This document shows positions 14,223-27,439 of a DNA stretch of 64,000 nucleotides, piece by piece. Every line of letters begins with the position of its first letter. Position 1 is the first letter of the stretch. This DNA comes from Octopus sinensis (Eukaryota): positions 26,722,001 to 26,786,000 of the forward strand of contig NC_043009.1 in NCBI RefSeq assembly GCF_006345805.1, in the 5' to 3' direction. Position numbers and translations under genes: made by a program. The notes under the pieces were generated by a model. The model did not search any database. It was given only the letters and a program-made list of their open reading frames with translations, and was not told where the DNA came from.

Positions 14223-15243
14223 TTATCTCCATCTTAGCGAAGTATTGTTTTCAGGCGTGTTTGTTTGTCTGTGGATATCTCAAGAACTGCAGGATGGATT
14301 CAGATGAAACTTTCAGGAATGTTTGGCCTCGTGACTGACACTAACTGATTAGATTTTGGGATTGATCCAGTACCAGACAAGGATTCTGGATTATTTGTTA
14401 TATTTACTTTACATGAAGTATTATGATCTTAAGTTGACTTTCAAGTCTTTCTCTGATTATCTCCCTTGAAAGCATACACATGGTTTCCATGTAAGTTATG
14501 GTGGTGTTGTTGTTTCCAAAGTTTTATTTTCATTTCTCTATTATTAATTTTACTTGTGTCTCTAGAAACTGATGGATAAAGAAATCAAACTACATAAACA
14601 AGCAGCAGCAAAACCATTCAGAAATTAAATAACACTAACATATTCAGTAACAATAATAAATTTAATTTATCCTCAACAATTTTTTGTTTTACCAATTTTG
14701 AATATATCACTCCTGTTTAAAATCTCTTACCTACTTGACAATTGCATTTCTAACTCTTGCTTGAATGAAGATTTACTTCTTGGACTCACGTTTCTGTGCA
14801 CAACAATGTTGTTAAACCACCGTTAACAGCACCATATGCAGGTCTTTTCTGTTTTCTTTCACACATGGATAAATTTTTCATTATAGACCTTAATGGTCGT
14901 AAAGACATTATATCAGTGGATAGACTAAAAAAGGCCTTCATAGAAAAAACTGTCCCTGTTCCCACTGCAGACGACACACACACAGCATTACAAAGACTGC
15001 TTGCACACCCACCTTCACATTCCATTGGGATCGATCAGGTACCAGACAAGGATTCTGGATTCTTTTCCCCCTTTTTTTTTCACTTAATTTTTGAGAGCGG
15101 TCAGGTTCATTTTTAGTATTCTCGTTTGTGAGAGCAATCAAATTTGTTTCAGATATTCTCATTTTAAAAATCATCTCCGGCTAACTGTTGAGAGGACATC
15201 GGTGTTGTCTTGGCAGAGGTCTGTGCTCTCTGAGTAATCTTGT
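14223..15243 (+). mobile_element. Helentron-associated HINE/DINE-1-like element with ~630 bp internal cargo
   Basis: Its two halves (14223-14392, 15025-15243) are homologous to the contiguous copy at 37554-37920. 3' end ttggcagaggtctgtgctctctgagt (subterminal repeat plus hairpin). Confidence 0.65.
14785..14960 (+). pseudogene. Gypsy LTR-retrotransposon integrase C-terminal (GPY/F) remnant
   Basis: VHNNVVKPPLTAPYAGLF...KFFIIDLNGRKDIISVDRLKKAF resembles the gypsy integrase tail motif PLxxPYxGP...xSxDRLK. Confidence 0.7.
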
Positions 15244-15514
15244 TATTATTATTAACCATAGCAGTGAATAGCAGACTCGGTTGGAATATCTTTGATAGTA
15301 GTTCTGCTAAATAATGACAGATGGGGTTAAACAACCATAGCAACAACAATAATATTGTATATTTATTGTAGCCCCTACAACCCAACCCAATGGTTTATAT
15401 AGGGAGGTCCATTATATAAATCTTGGCCCACAGGTTTACATACGATAAATCCTTAACGAAACACAATCCACTCCAATCCAGCTAATTTTACTTCATAAAA
15501 CACAAGTACACGTG

Positions 15515-15902
15515 TGACTATGTGGTAAGAAGCTTGCTTCCTATCCTAACTACAAGGTTTGGGTTCAGTCCCACTGTAAAGCACCTGAACCAAAGGCTTG
15601 TGAGTGGATTTGGTAGACAGGAACTGAAAAGAAGCCCACTATACACACACACATGCGCATGCATACATGTGCTACTGTCTCCTTCCTTAGACATTTTGTA
15701 ATAGTAGCAAACAAGTGTCACCGTCATGCAAGCAGTGTCCTTCATTTGCAATTTCCGGTGTCTGGTCATGGGGAAATATTACTTTGCCTTGATATAGGTG
15801 AGAGTTGGTGACAGGAAGGGTATCCAGTTGTAGAAAGTCTGCTTCAACAAAATTCCGTCCAAACCATGTGAGCATGGAAAAGGGGATGCTAAACTGATGA
15901 TG
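15515..15902 (+). mobile_element. Composite SINE: CORE-type tRNA head plus RTE-like 3' tail
   Basis: Head as in the CORE SINE, then ggttggtgacaggaagggtatccag... and a (GAT)n tail shared with the RTE 3'UTR. Similar copies at 12760-13140, 38985-39230(-), 41690-42060(-) and 62985-63365(-). Confidence 0.7.
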
Positions 15903-16143
15903 TACAGAGCCTCAGATTTTGAGCGTCATATATAATCAATTATACAGACAGCCCAAATACTCAAACTTCAGTTATTCAGTCCTGGCAAAGGGCCAAAGCA
16001 AGTTGACTTCAGCAAAGTTTGAACCAAGAACACATAGAGAAAGAACCAAATAACACAAAGTCTTCAGTTGGACATGCCACCTCTTCTGCCAATCTACTGT
16101 TCTACATGGAATAACATAACAACACTGAACATAAATTACTTAC

Positions 16144-16320
16144 TTCAAAAGTTAATAATGGTATGACAAGGAATGAATATGCTATGGCAGAAGAAAGATT
16201 TCCTCGTCTCTGTTCTGGAATTAAATCTGGTGACTTCATCAAGATTATGGTTAAAATTATTCTATACAACATGCCAATCATTGCTATACACATCACAATC
16301 CATATAGGAATAAACACAAT
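16144..16320 (-). CDS. TMEM185: TMEM185 coding exon 5
   Basis: ttattttcag| ... GAA|gtaagt; 177 nt; IVFIPIWIVM...SPDLIPEQRR...VIPLLTFE. Confidence 0.97.
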
Positions 16321-16521
16321 CTGAAAATAAAACAAAAGACAAACAAAATTAATTTCCTGCAACAAAACATTTCAAAGTAGCAGACATTTGTCACCTAACG
16401 ATTTCTAGAAACTGACCAAACACAATGGCTATGGCAGATGCCTTTAGATTTCTAGCCATTGTTTCTTTAGAGTACATCCTCATTATCATCATGATTAAGT
16501 TAATTTGATCATATCCTATCA

Positions 16522-17010
16522 CAGGGGTTCCCAACCACAGAACCACAAACTAAACCAGGCCATGAATAATTTCATACAGGGACACACAGAAGAAATAAAA
16601 ATGTTGAAATTTTATTTCTATTTTATTGACTATCATAGTCTGCAGGCTGTTTTTGCATTGCATATGTCCTTATCCTTATCCATGAGGGAGGAACTCCACC
16701 CTGGACTCCTTCCACCTTTGTTTGTCTCTGGCCAGTCATGGTCACATAGGCCCCAGATAGAGATTCATATGTCATGTGGGTACTAGCAGTAAAGAATAGG
16801 CCCAACATATTCCTGCATGAGGTAAAAGCCCTCTTAAGGGCTCACCAACCTGCAGTGCCAAGCTCACCAACCTGCAGTGACATACACCAATAATTATATA
16901 TGTAATAATTAAATTACATATTATGCACTTTATTGTATTTGTTATGCACACGATCCCCAGGTCCATGGAAAAATTGCTTTGCATGAAACCAGTCCATGGC
17001 GCCAAAAAAA
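16522..17010 (+). mobile_element. hAT-Charlie (MER1-like) remnant
   Basis: 5' caggggttcccaacc; 3' ggtccatggaaaaattgctttgcatgaaaccagtccatggcgccaaaaa resembles the MER1/Charlie3 subterminal sequence. Confidence 0.55.
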
Positions 17011-18020
17011 CGGCTCAGGATAGATTTTTTTCTTTTTCGGGCTGCCGTGCAATACTTAGCTATAAATTACTTCAGGGGAGATAACTTGTCTGATATTGAA
17101 ATAATGCTCTAAATCTAATTCTCAAATCTTTCTATCACTGACCACTTATATTTCAATGAATTTTCCCACAGACCCAAGGCTTCTGAAAGTTGTATATATT
17201 CAATAAGCTCTGATTATGTTAACAAACTAGTTTTCTCAGTTTTATCTCTCAAATGAAAGATATCTGTAACTGAAGGACATCCGGCTGTAGAAACCATGCC
17301 AAAGCAGACACCAGGAGTTGGTGCAGTCCTTTGGTTTGCTAGTTACTATCAAACCATCCATCCATGCCAACATAGAAAACAGACATTAAATGATGATGAC
17401 GATAAATAATCATATATAACGTGTTTGGTTGTAGTCCCTCATGAAAGTACGTCTGGGCTTCCTAACATGTCTTGACATAAACAAAAGACTCATTTATTCT
17501 GCGTTGTTTTGTTACCAGGTTTCCATGTAAACATGTCCAGGCTGTTTGTTGTTAGAAAGACTGAGATTATTAACCACACTTGAAAACAGGCAGGTTGACA
17601 TCAGGAAGGGTATCCAAACGTCGATAAGTGCCCAAACATACTTTCCTCTGATGGACTGAGTAATTATACATTTTACATTGCAGCCTTTTTAAATTTTGAA
17701 CACAGCTCAAGAAACCTCATTAACATCTTGTGGAAAATCCAGGAGTCTGGGGACACCACTGTTCTAAACTATAGGCATTTGATTCAAATTCATTTCTTTA
17801 AATTAAAGCCAAGACTAATGTTGTGAGGAAACTTACAGTTGACAAAACCCAACTTCAGTATATCCTTCAGGTTTACTTTTAATTTTGGAATTATTAGTTT
17901 TTAATCTGGAAGTTAAACAACAAAGACAACTAGATGAGAACTGACCTGCAGGTATTTAATGGATTATCATTGTGAATTTAGAAAGAAAGATAAAAATATA
18001 AGATTATAGGTTACACATAC

Positions 18021-18104
18021 CACCCAATTCCACAAAATGAAGTTGTCCAGTCGTAAAGCAAGGAAGATGAACTGGAGAATGTTTACAGCACAAAACAGTT
18101 CCAT
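18021..18104 (-). CDS. TMEM185: TMEM185 coding exon 4
   Basis: gggttttag| ... GTG|gtatgt; 84 nt; [28 protein letters not shown] matches [28 protein letters not shown]. Not in the ORF track. Confidence 0.96.
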
Positions 18105-20269
18105 CTAAAACCCAAAGCAGAAAATTAGAAAAACAAAGAAAAAAGATCATAACTTTTGAGTCTGGTACAGAAAAAAATTAATTAAAAAGTATTATCCATC
18201 AAAACTACATCAAAAGAATCGATATAAAAACAAAACAAAAAACATTAGAATATAATTTATAAAACCACAGAAATAATAAAACATAAATGCAGTCAAAATG
18301 AGACCAGAGATAGTGACCTAAAAAATAATGGAAATTTATCTTTAACCAAATAATAAAATTTAAACAATAACATTTTAAAATATAAACACCATTAAGTTTT
18401 GAGAGCAAGGAATAAGGTGCTGTTTATTCCATCAATGAAGCAGCTCAGTTTACTTCTCTGTTAATGAAGGGTCAAGGATCTATTGAAAAAACTTTATGCA
18501 ATAATTTATAGAATATATCCAGATTTAAGGAAAAAAGTTCTGTGATATAGAACACTTCTGCTTGTCTATTTTTGAAATTTGTTTGGTTTTACTTATTTGT
18601 GTGTGCATGTATGCATGGTATATATTTTAATTTTTAATACAAAGTACTGAGTGTTCAATAGCCAAAGCATTTATTTAATTCAAGTTTAATTTACTTACAA
18701 ATGTGTAACACACACACACGCACTGCTTGACCAAGCTCCAAAGCTAGCCAATGGCAAGATAGTAGTTGCAGTCCAAGAGAGACCTCAAAGGTCTGGGCTA
18801 AAGTGGAAAACACCTGCTGAAGGTGCAGGTTAGTTGAACCTGAACTGAAAACCTTGCAGCAAACCAAAATTCTTGACCACTGAACCAAGCCTGTGCTCCT
18901 CCCATATACATCATCATCATTCAAAGTCCATGTTGATATGGATTGGACAGTTTGACAGGCTCCAATGGGTTCAAGGACTGCATCATGTTCCAAAATCTAT
19001 GTTGACATGGTTTCTGCAGCTGGATACTCTTCCTAAAGCCAACCACTTTACAAAATATATACTGGGTGCATTTTTGATGCCACCAGCACTAGTGAAGTCA
19101 CCATGCAGATTGCAGAACTACAAAGCCTAAGAGCAGCAGCCTTATGATATGAGGTGAAGTGTGAAAGTAATCATGGGAAAACTGAGGACTGCAACACTTT
19201 CTGAATGGCACACCTAATAAAAAATTACCTTCAATTTCATCTTTAGTGGTGCAGCTCACCTGATAAAGAGCCAGGTGTCATGTGGCCTGCTTATCAAAAA
19301 ATTGTTGCCCATGTCTGATTTAAACTACTGGAGAAGGGACCAGAGCAGAACAGGTCTCTTACGGTAGAAGGGCCACATAGACCCTCAAGGTATGAAATGA
19401 ATGGGGGGGGGGAAGAACCAGGAGTGTGTGTTGGAGGTTGCAAGAGTGTATGGGGGAAAGTAAAGCATGAGGGAATGGATGAAGTAATGAGTAGAATGAA
19501 GAAGAGGCAGAGTGGAAGATGAGTAGAGGATTTAGACAAGAGTAGGTGACTGGATATCAAAGACATTTTCAGAAATTTCCAATTGTTTCATTTTTCTAGA
19601 TATTTCAATATGAAGGCAAACAATTTAAGATACATTCACATGTACATGTTCAGATATGCATATGAAAAGAAAAGTGAAGAAATTATGCATGTAAAAATCA
19701 AAAGTGACAAATTAAGAGTATAAAAAAAAAATTCTTTTAAATGAGATAATAGTCGAAGTTTAGTAAAGAACAATATGTAGAAAGAAAGAGAAAAATAATA
19801 ATAATGTCAACTATAAAGACAAATAAAACAATGAAAAAAAACCAACACCAGACTAATCAATGTTGGCTGTATGAAAATCTACAATAATAACGTACAGCTC
19901 ACTAAATAGAAGAAGGAAGGCAAATAACGAGAACTACAATTATCTTTATGCAGAAAATATTTTTGAAAAAAAAAACACTAAAAAGAAAATATTATCCATA
20001 AGTTTTTATATATAATATACATATAAATAATAATAATAATAATATTTCATATATATATTAGTGTATATGGTTCACAGATCTTCATTTAAGAGGGTCAAAT
20101 TCGAAAACAACTATCATATTTATTTTTGAATAGGAAAAAATATTAAAGTGACTATTCCCTTAATCTGTGAAACGCAGATCAAAAAATCCCAATTTCAAAA
20201 GTTTAATTAAATTCAATTTAATTAGTGAGAGAATTTATGTATTCTAATAACAATTATCTAGGCTTCTGA

Positions 20270-20499
20270 TTAACCTTTTAAGCATTTAAACCGAGCATAT
20301 CTGGCCCAAAATATTCTCCCCGTTTCATGATCAAAATGGCCAGATCTGGCCTCTCACACCTATCCTACAATGTTATTCTGTAAATAAACAATCATAACGT
20401 CAAAATCTCGAAACTACAAGATAACACATAAATAATTCAAAGCCAAGTGAATAAACAAGCATTGCATTTAACAGAGTGATCTGAATGCTAAAGGGTTGA
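20270..20499. mobile_element. piggyBac-like MITE
   Basis: ttaaccttttaagcatt ... aatgctaaagggttga termini (TTAA-CC(C) type); same family as the inner element at 36308-36524. Confidence 0.65.
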
Positions 20500-21584
20500 A
20501 AATATTTCCAGGAAAGAGTTAGGAAGACACCAAGAAATTGTGATGTATTTAACAAACTTTGCTTTATTCTTCCTCTGGTGTTCAGACATGAGGTTGTGGT
20601 CATGCTTGGACATCACCTCTGAGGGTTTATTCCAGTCATGGACAAAGTGCAGCCTGCAGGATTTGATGAAATGACTTTTGAATTTTTTTTCACAGTGCAG
20701 CCTGCCTGATGATGAGCCATGTTTCATGTGGCCCACTCATTGTAAAGGTTTGCCTGTGCCTGGTTGGGTCAATTATATCAACGACAGTACTTGACTCATA
20801 TTTATTTTAATTGATCTCAGAGAGACAAGCAGTAAATTCAACTTATCAACCTGTAGGGCAGGGAAAGACAGCATTTAACATGGAACCAAAAAGAGACAAA
20901 ACTAAATATATCACAAAATATTTTATCCAATGTTCTACCAGTTCTGTCATGCCCTTTCATCAAGAAGGCTGTTTAATTACCATTGCTAAAATTAAATACT
21001 GATTTCAAATTTTGGCACAAGGCCTGCAATTTTGGAAGAGGAAACAAGTCTATTACACTGACCCCCAATGATCAGCTAGTACTTATTTTATCGATCCGAC
21101 AAAAGACAAAGTCAACCTCAGTAGAATTTGGTAAAGATGATGGCTCTAACAAGACACATTTCATTCCAAGACATTCAGATGAATTCTAAAGTGAATTAAA
21201 TAAGGCATCTCAAAGTCACCATCGTAATACATGTGTGTATGTATATACACACACACACATACATACTTATATATCTCATAGTATCAACCAGTCTATTGGA
21301 TGTTGTTATAAACCATTGGTCACAATGCATATGCACAGTTTTAGCTTTCAAATGGTGCCACCTAGTTAGCCAGGTGAGCAGGCCAACATTTGCCCCGATC
21401 GGTGGGCTTGTCTATAATGGGGTTACACATTTACAGCTGAGTGGACTGAAAGAAGGTAAAATGAAGGGTTTTGCACAAGAACATAATGCACCAGTCATCC
21501 CAGGAATCAAATCTTCAATCTAGTGATTGTGAGTGCAGCACCCTAACCAGTTGGCCACGTGCCTCCACACAAACACACACCCCA

Positions 21585-22260
21585 TTATCATCATTTAGCA
21601 TCTGCTTTCCCTTCTGGTATGATTTCTACAGCTGGATGCCCTTCCTAATGCCAACTATTCCAAGAGTGTAACGGGTGCTTTTTATATGCCATCAGCACTT
21701 GGCTTGATGGGTTTTTTCAGTAACAGCATATTGCCAAAGGTCTCAGTCACTTGTCATTGCCTGTCACACCCAACGATCATGCTTCACCACCTCGTCCCAT
21801 GTCTTCCTGGGTCTACCTCTTTCACAGGTTCCCTCCACAGTTAGAGATCGGCACTTCTTTACGCAGCAATCCTTGCCCATACGCATCAAGTGACCATACC
21901 AATGCAGACCACATACAATTCTTATGCCCAGCTTTTCTCTCAAGATGCTCACACACAGTCATACATGCACACTGACATTGCACATCCAATGAAGCATTCT
22001 AGCTTCATCTCTTTCAAGCCTATGCATGTCCTCAGTGGTCACAGCCTGTGTTTCACTGCCGTGTAGCATGGCTGTTTGCACACAGGTATCATACAATCTG
22101 CCTTTCACTCTGAGGGATGGGCCCTTAGTTACCAACAGAGGTAGAAGCTTTCAGAACTTTGCCCAACCTATTCTTATTCTAGCAGCTACGCTCTAGGAGC
22201 ATCCACCTCCGCTGCTGACTTGGTCACCTAGATAACAGAAGCTATCAACTACTTCTCGGT
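21585..22260 (-). mobile_element. RTE-clade LINE fragment
   Basis: Degenerate frame VVDSFCYLGDQVSSGGG...RIRIGWAKF...LHGSET... and HWYGHLMRM...GRPRKTWDEVVKHD (ORF 21764-21952), followed by the same 3'UTR family. Confidence 0.85.
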
Positions 22261-22690
22261 AACCACCCCCTCCCGGCATTTGATGCCTCTCAATAATAAG
22301 CAATCATGTATCTGACAAGGAAGCAAATTATCACCACCACCCACTACATTTATGATGTAATAGCACTGATAATTTAATGGATTTCCTGCTTTCAAAACGC
22401 ATTGTGAATGTTTCTTTTTAATTATACCTAAACACTACCTTGTTTTCAACTTGACCCCTGCATACATACACACTCACATATATACAAATAAAATTTAACC
22501 CCATGCAGTTTTGTGGGTCAGTAATTTTTTCTTTTCTATTTTTTTTGTATATTTTAATTAAATCTGTGTACACTAAATCTTAAGTGAAGAAAGGAAAGAA
22601 AGAAAAACTCATTTAAAAAAAAAAAACTGGTTCCAGTTTTGTTTATGTAAACAATAAGCAACAGGCAGTGGGTGCAGGTAGTTTTCATAC

Positions 22691-22735
22691 CTGCAGAGCG
22701 CCAGGGTTCTCTAATATTCGGTATTGTACTGCAAA
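22691..22735 (-). CDS. Candidate 45-nt alternative cassette exon of TMEM185 (FAVQYRILENPGALQ)
   Basis: Long pyrimidine tract ending ttttttcttcag, donor CAG|gtatga. Length is divisible by 3 and it is open in phase 0, matching intron 3. Confidence 0.5.
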
Positions 22736-23413
22736 CTGAAGAAAAAAAATGCAAAAATGCCAAAAGAAAGAGAATCAAATAACAAAATGAATATAATTAA
22801 AAACAGTATCATAGGTAGAAAGAGAATTGGAGCAAAAAAAAAAAAATCTTCCAATTTTAAAGTGATCATATTTTAAAACTTTCTATCTTAATTTTATGCA
22901 AGAATCTTTTTAAGTTATGTTCCAAATAGCCATATTCATAATGAAATAATTTATTTTACGAAATCTTTACTGTACATATTTCAAAAGAAATTTGGTCAGA
23001 AAAAGGTTAAGCCAAACAGTTTTAGACAACATTTCACTGGACTTCAAACATAATCAGAACATTTAAATGGCTTTCAATATCACAATGAGCTTCAATTAAT
23101 TATTTACACATTGTGAAAATCTTTATATTTCATTTTCATTTTTAAATACTAAATTTATTGCCAGTTTGAAAGAAAATGATACAAGAATAAATTTCAACTA
23201 ATGACCGTCTCACTTCAAAGAAGATTATTAGAAATTATAATTCATTTGTACTTCATTCTTGGCAACAATTAATTAACATTTAATCATTGCTACCAGCCAA
23301 CAAACTAAAACCTCAACCAATAACGTCTTAATACAAAAAAAACAATTCATAAATTGTATTTAAGTTTGGATAAACAATGAATATGTAATGATTTCAGAGC
23401 AGAGAACACATAC

Positions 23414-23518
23414 GTTAATATATAAACCATTAGGCAAACCTGCAGCCTTAAAGTGTTGACTAAAAGAGAAATTGTATGAATGCGGTTGGAAGAAAAATGG
23501 TTTGAGGGGGAAGCGGAA
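23414..23518 (-). CDS. Candidate 105-nt alternative cassette exon of TMEM185
   Basis: Acceptor tatctttactttag, donor AAC|gtatgt; open in phase 0 (FRFPLKPFFFQPHSYNFSFSQHFKAAGLPNGLYIN). Confidence 0.3.
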
Positions 23519-26500
23519 CTAAAGTAAAGATAATAGTAAAAGACACACATTCAAGCTGAAAGATGAGAGAAACAGCAAAAGTACATCAAGGCAGCTTCCC
23601 TTAAAATATAAAAAATGTAATATGGTTAATACTAAATAACAAAGAAATTAATATTGATACACAAACCTCAGGTTTAAAAAAAAATGAAAGGAAAAAAACA
23701 CAAGGAATGAATATGGGATATTCATGCCTCTCCCAAAAAAATACCATGTGGAGGAAGGCAAAATTGCTGTAATTGGGAAATCAGTGTTACAAGTCTAGTT
23801 CACCCAAAGCAAGCATGTAATTTGTAGAGCAGAGAAAGAGATGAATCTCGAAACACTCAGAAGTACAGAGATTGCAATGCTTGCCTGATCTTGGTTTAAT
23901 AAAAAATACATATATTCTAATTATCTATCCTTTCACTAATGGCCCCGTATTAATTAACACTTTAATTGGCATCAACTACATTACCTTGCAGCTTTAGTTC
24001 ATCATCATCACCACAAAAACCATCACTTTACATTTGATTTCAATGCTGGCATCAGCTGGATGCAACAACACAATTCAAACAAGCTCATAATGTGAAGCTT
24101 TAGTTTGGCTTGGGTCCTCCACCTGGATGCTCTTCCTATTAACAACCACTTTAAGCATACTGAATGCAAATCCTCATGGGAGCAGCTTGACCAAGATTCT
24201 CGTGTCCTTGACGAACGCTACAATGTCTCTTCTTTGCCAACCACTTTACAGAATGTAGTGGTACCAGACCAATGTTCCTTACAAACAATTCACACCTACT
24301 GGGTCAGTATGGGGGGCTGGTTAAGGAGTTTGTTTTGCAACAATGAGGTTCTGGTTTCAATTCCAATAAGCAACAACTTGAGAAAGTGTCTTCAACCACA
24401 GTTGACCAATACAAAGAAAGCCAAACAATCTTCTCTGAAGGAATAAGTTATTAAAAGGTGAAACTTAGAAGTCCCAATCAAACCAATATCATCAATGAAT
24501 ATTACTTTACTAAATGTATAGAGACCCACCATCAGTAAATATTTTTCAATATGTTAATCAACAATACCAAATAACACATGAACGCACGCACATACATACA
24601 TACATACACACGTGCACACACACACACACTAATGTTTGTTTTCATATCAAATTGTATATAAATATCTAACATTTAACTGAAAGATAACTCAATACATTTT
24701 TTACCCAAGTACATATTTATTAATTTTTACAAAGAAAAGGTTGACTGTGACTTGAAAGCTTTGGTTAGCTCAACTTCATCATATATAAAGGTTCCAAAGG
24801 TGTTCTGTCTCTATGATTTTTCCAACTTCGTAAGTTTAAATATTTTTAATATATTAGAGTAGTTTTTTTTTAAATCATCTGTGTGTATGTGTGTGCAGTC
24901 TATGCAAATACTAGACAATGAAACTAATTTATATAAATATTGTTCTTATAACAATAAAATGTCACAATAAACAATTAACTTATTTGTTGTAAAAGGGAAA
25001 AAAAATTGTGATATTGATAGGAATAAACTGAAAAGGTAAAACAGTAGTTCAAATATACAAAATTTTACATTAAAAAAATTCCAAAATACATATACATTTA
25101 CAAAAATTAAAAATATCCAAACGTGTGTGTGTGTACTCTGAGACAAGAACCAACATTCCTATGTGACAGGTTTGAAAATTGTAAAGAGATCTTTACATGA
25201 AACTGTTGGTAACCCAGAAAAGCTATACAAACAATGAAAGCAAAAGAATTTGCATAGACTATAAAATTTTATTCCTAGCTAGGTGTACATATACTCCACC
25301 TTAAGTATTTGACAAAAATCAACTGCAAAGTTTATTAAGGTGTGTCAATGCTCTAACAAAAAAGTATAATGAATATCTATGGCACAACGACAATTTTATA
25401 AACATCAGGGTCTGGATTAAAAGCATGTGGATATTTGGCAAGTCTTATTAACAACAAACAGATGTATATTTGTAGATGATGTGCACGCAATATAGCTGTG
25501 TGTATATATATATACACATACATACACATGATACACACAGAGTGCAGCAAAAAAAGAAAGTTCCTGCATTTCATAGGTTGACAAACGTTTCAACTGTAAA
25601 TACACAATGTGCAGTGGCCCAAACTATAGTGGTGACTGTCGAAAGAAAATGGTAAAGCGTTGGCTATATGACAACACCATTAGCATCAACCTAACTTCAC
25701 TAGTGCTATACCAAAGAGCAGGTAAAGTAAGGGAGGTTTTTCTGCAGCATCTTGTGTGTATTTTGTGCATATATATATATATATATAAGAAGCAGATGAC
25801 GTGGTTTAACAAAACAAAAATAAAACTAATAAACCAAAACTTACAAGTTTCGAGACAAAATAATGAGAATATAAAAACTGTGAATACAAAAATGAAATTA
25901 AAAAATATACGGGTGAAGAAAACAAACGCAAAGAATAAATAAAATATTTTTAAAGCTTTGAAATAAAAAAGCAGAAATACTAAGTGAAAAATTTTAAAAA
26001 ACAAAAACTACGAAGAATATATTTAGAATATAAAATAAATGTTTAAATATAAAAAGAAATGTCTGATAATGCATTTTTGTCGAAAACAAATATTAGAGCA
26101 ATATAAATAAAAATAAAGATTTTTTTTTCTACCATAAATATTCTTATAAAAATTGTAACTAAATTAAAGAGAGAATAAATAATTTGAAGATGGCATTGCA
26201 GTAAGAAACATTAAGAAATTAGTGTTAAGATATTTGATGATATTAAGAATTAAATCGCTAATTAAAGATATGCAAGTGGTGTTGGAGGGAGGGAGAGAGA
26301 AAAAGAGAAAAAGAAGAGAAAGAGAGAAAGCAACAGACAAACTGGGACAGACATAAATATAGTGACAGACAGACAGTATGTATGTGTATGAATGAATGAA
26401 AACAGTTTGATTCAAATTTGTTGGTACTTCAAGAGTTTCAAGTGTGATGATCATCAATATGGCTGAAGATTAGCATCATGTTTGAAACTCAGAGTACCAA

Positions 26501-27439
26501 CGAATTTGAATCAAACTGTTTTGATGTGTGTGTGTGTAGGTTGGTAACAGGAAGGGCATCCAGTTGCAGAATAGCTATCTCAATGAATTCTGTGTAACCA
26601 TGGAAAGTGGACATTAAAATAATGACGATGACATATGTATACATGTGAAAGGCATCCACTGTCAACCAGTTTCACTCACAAGGCATTGGTCAATAATGCA
26701 AGGTAATAGAAGGTACCAGCTTAAGAAGCTGTACAGAGTGACTGAACCTAAGACCGCATGATTGCAAAGCAGACTTCTTAAACACACAGCCATATCCTAT
26801 GTCCTTGCCATGTCAGAAGCTTCCAGAGTTCCACTAGGACTTATTCTATCAACCCTCAAAAGGATGGAAGACAAAGTCAAATTCAGCTGGATTTGAACTC
26901 AGAATGTAGAAAAGGATGAAATGCTGCTAAGCATTTCGTCTGCCGTGCTTACAAATAATGAACAGTGGTTTCAAATTTTGGTAAAAAGGCCAGCAATTTC
27001 ATATTTTATAGACTCCAAAAGGATAAAAGGTAAAGTCGGCCCCAGCAGCATTTCAACTTGGAACATAGAAGAAATGCCATTAAGCATTTTTTCAGAGTGG
27101 TAAAGATTCTGCCAGCTCACCACCTTACAAAAAATGACAATTTTTAAAAATTTACCTTATATATTTGTGTAAAAGTCAAATTTTTTAGACCATTTTTTTA
27201 AGGTCTGAGGAGCTGAAATTCAAGCTAGAATACAAAGTACCGTATCAGCAGCAGAAGCCCAACTGACCTCTAAGCAAATAAAAACAAAAAAACACAATGA
27301 ACTATAGTAATATTACCGATTCTATGCATCAAAACACACATCCAAGTAAACAAGAAAACCCATAAACAAGACCATGTAACTCTAATGTGCAGTTACCAGT
27401 AAATGTCCATAATATGGTGTAGAGTTGTTAATCTGGAGT

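Noticed and set aside
14796-15116. Nested protein-coding gene (106-aa ORF)
   Set aside because: It is a gypsy integrase remnant running into HINE sequence, with no ATG start or exon structure.
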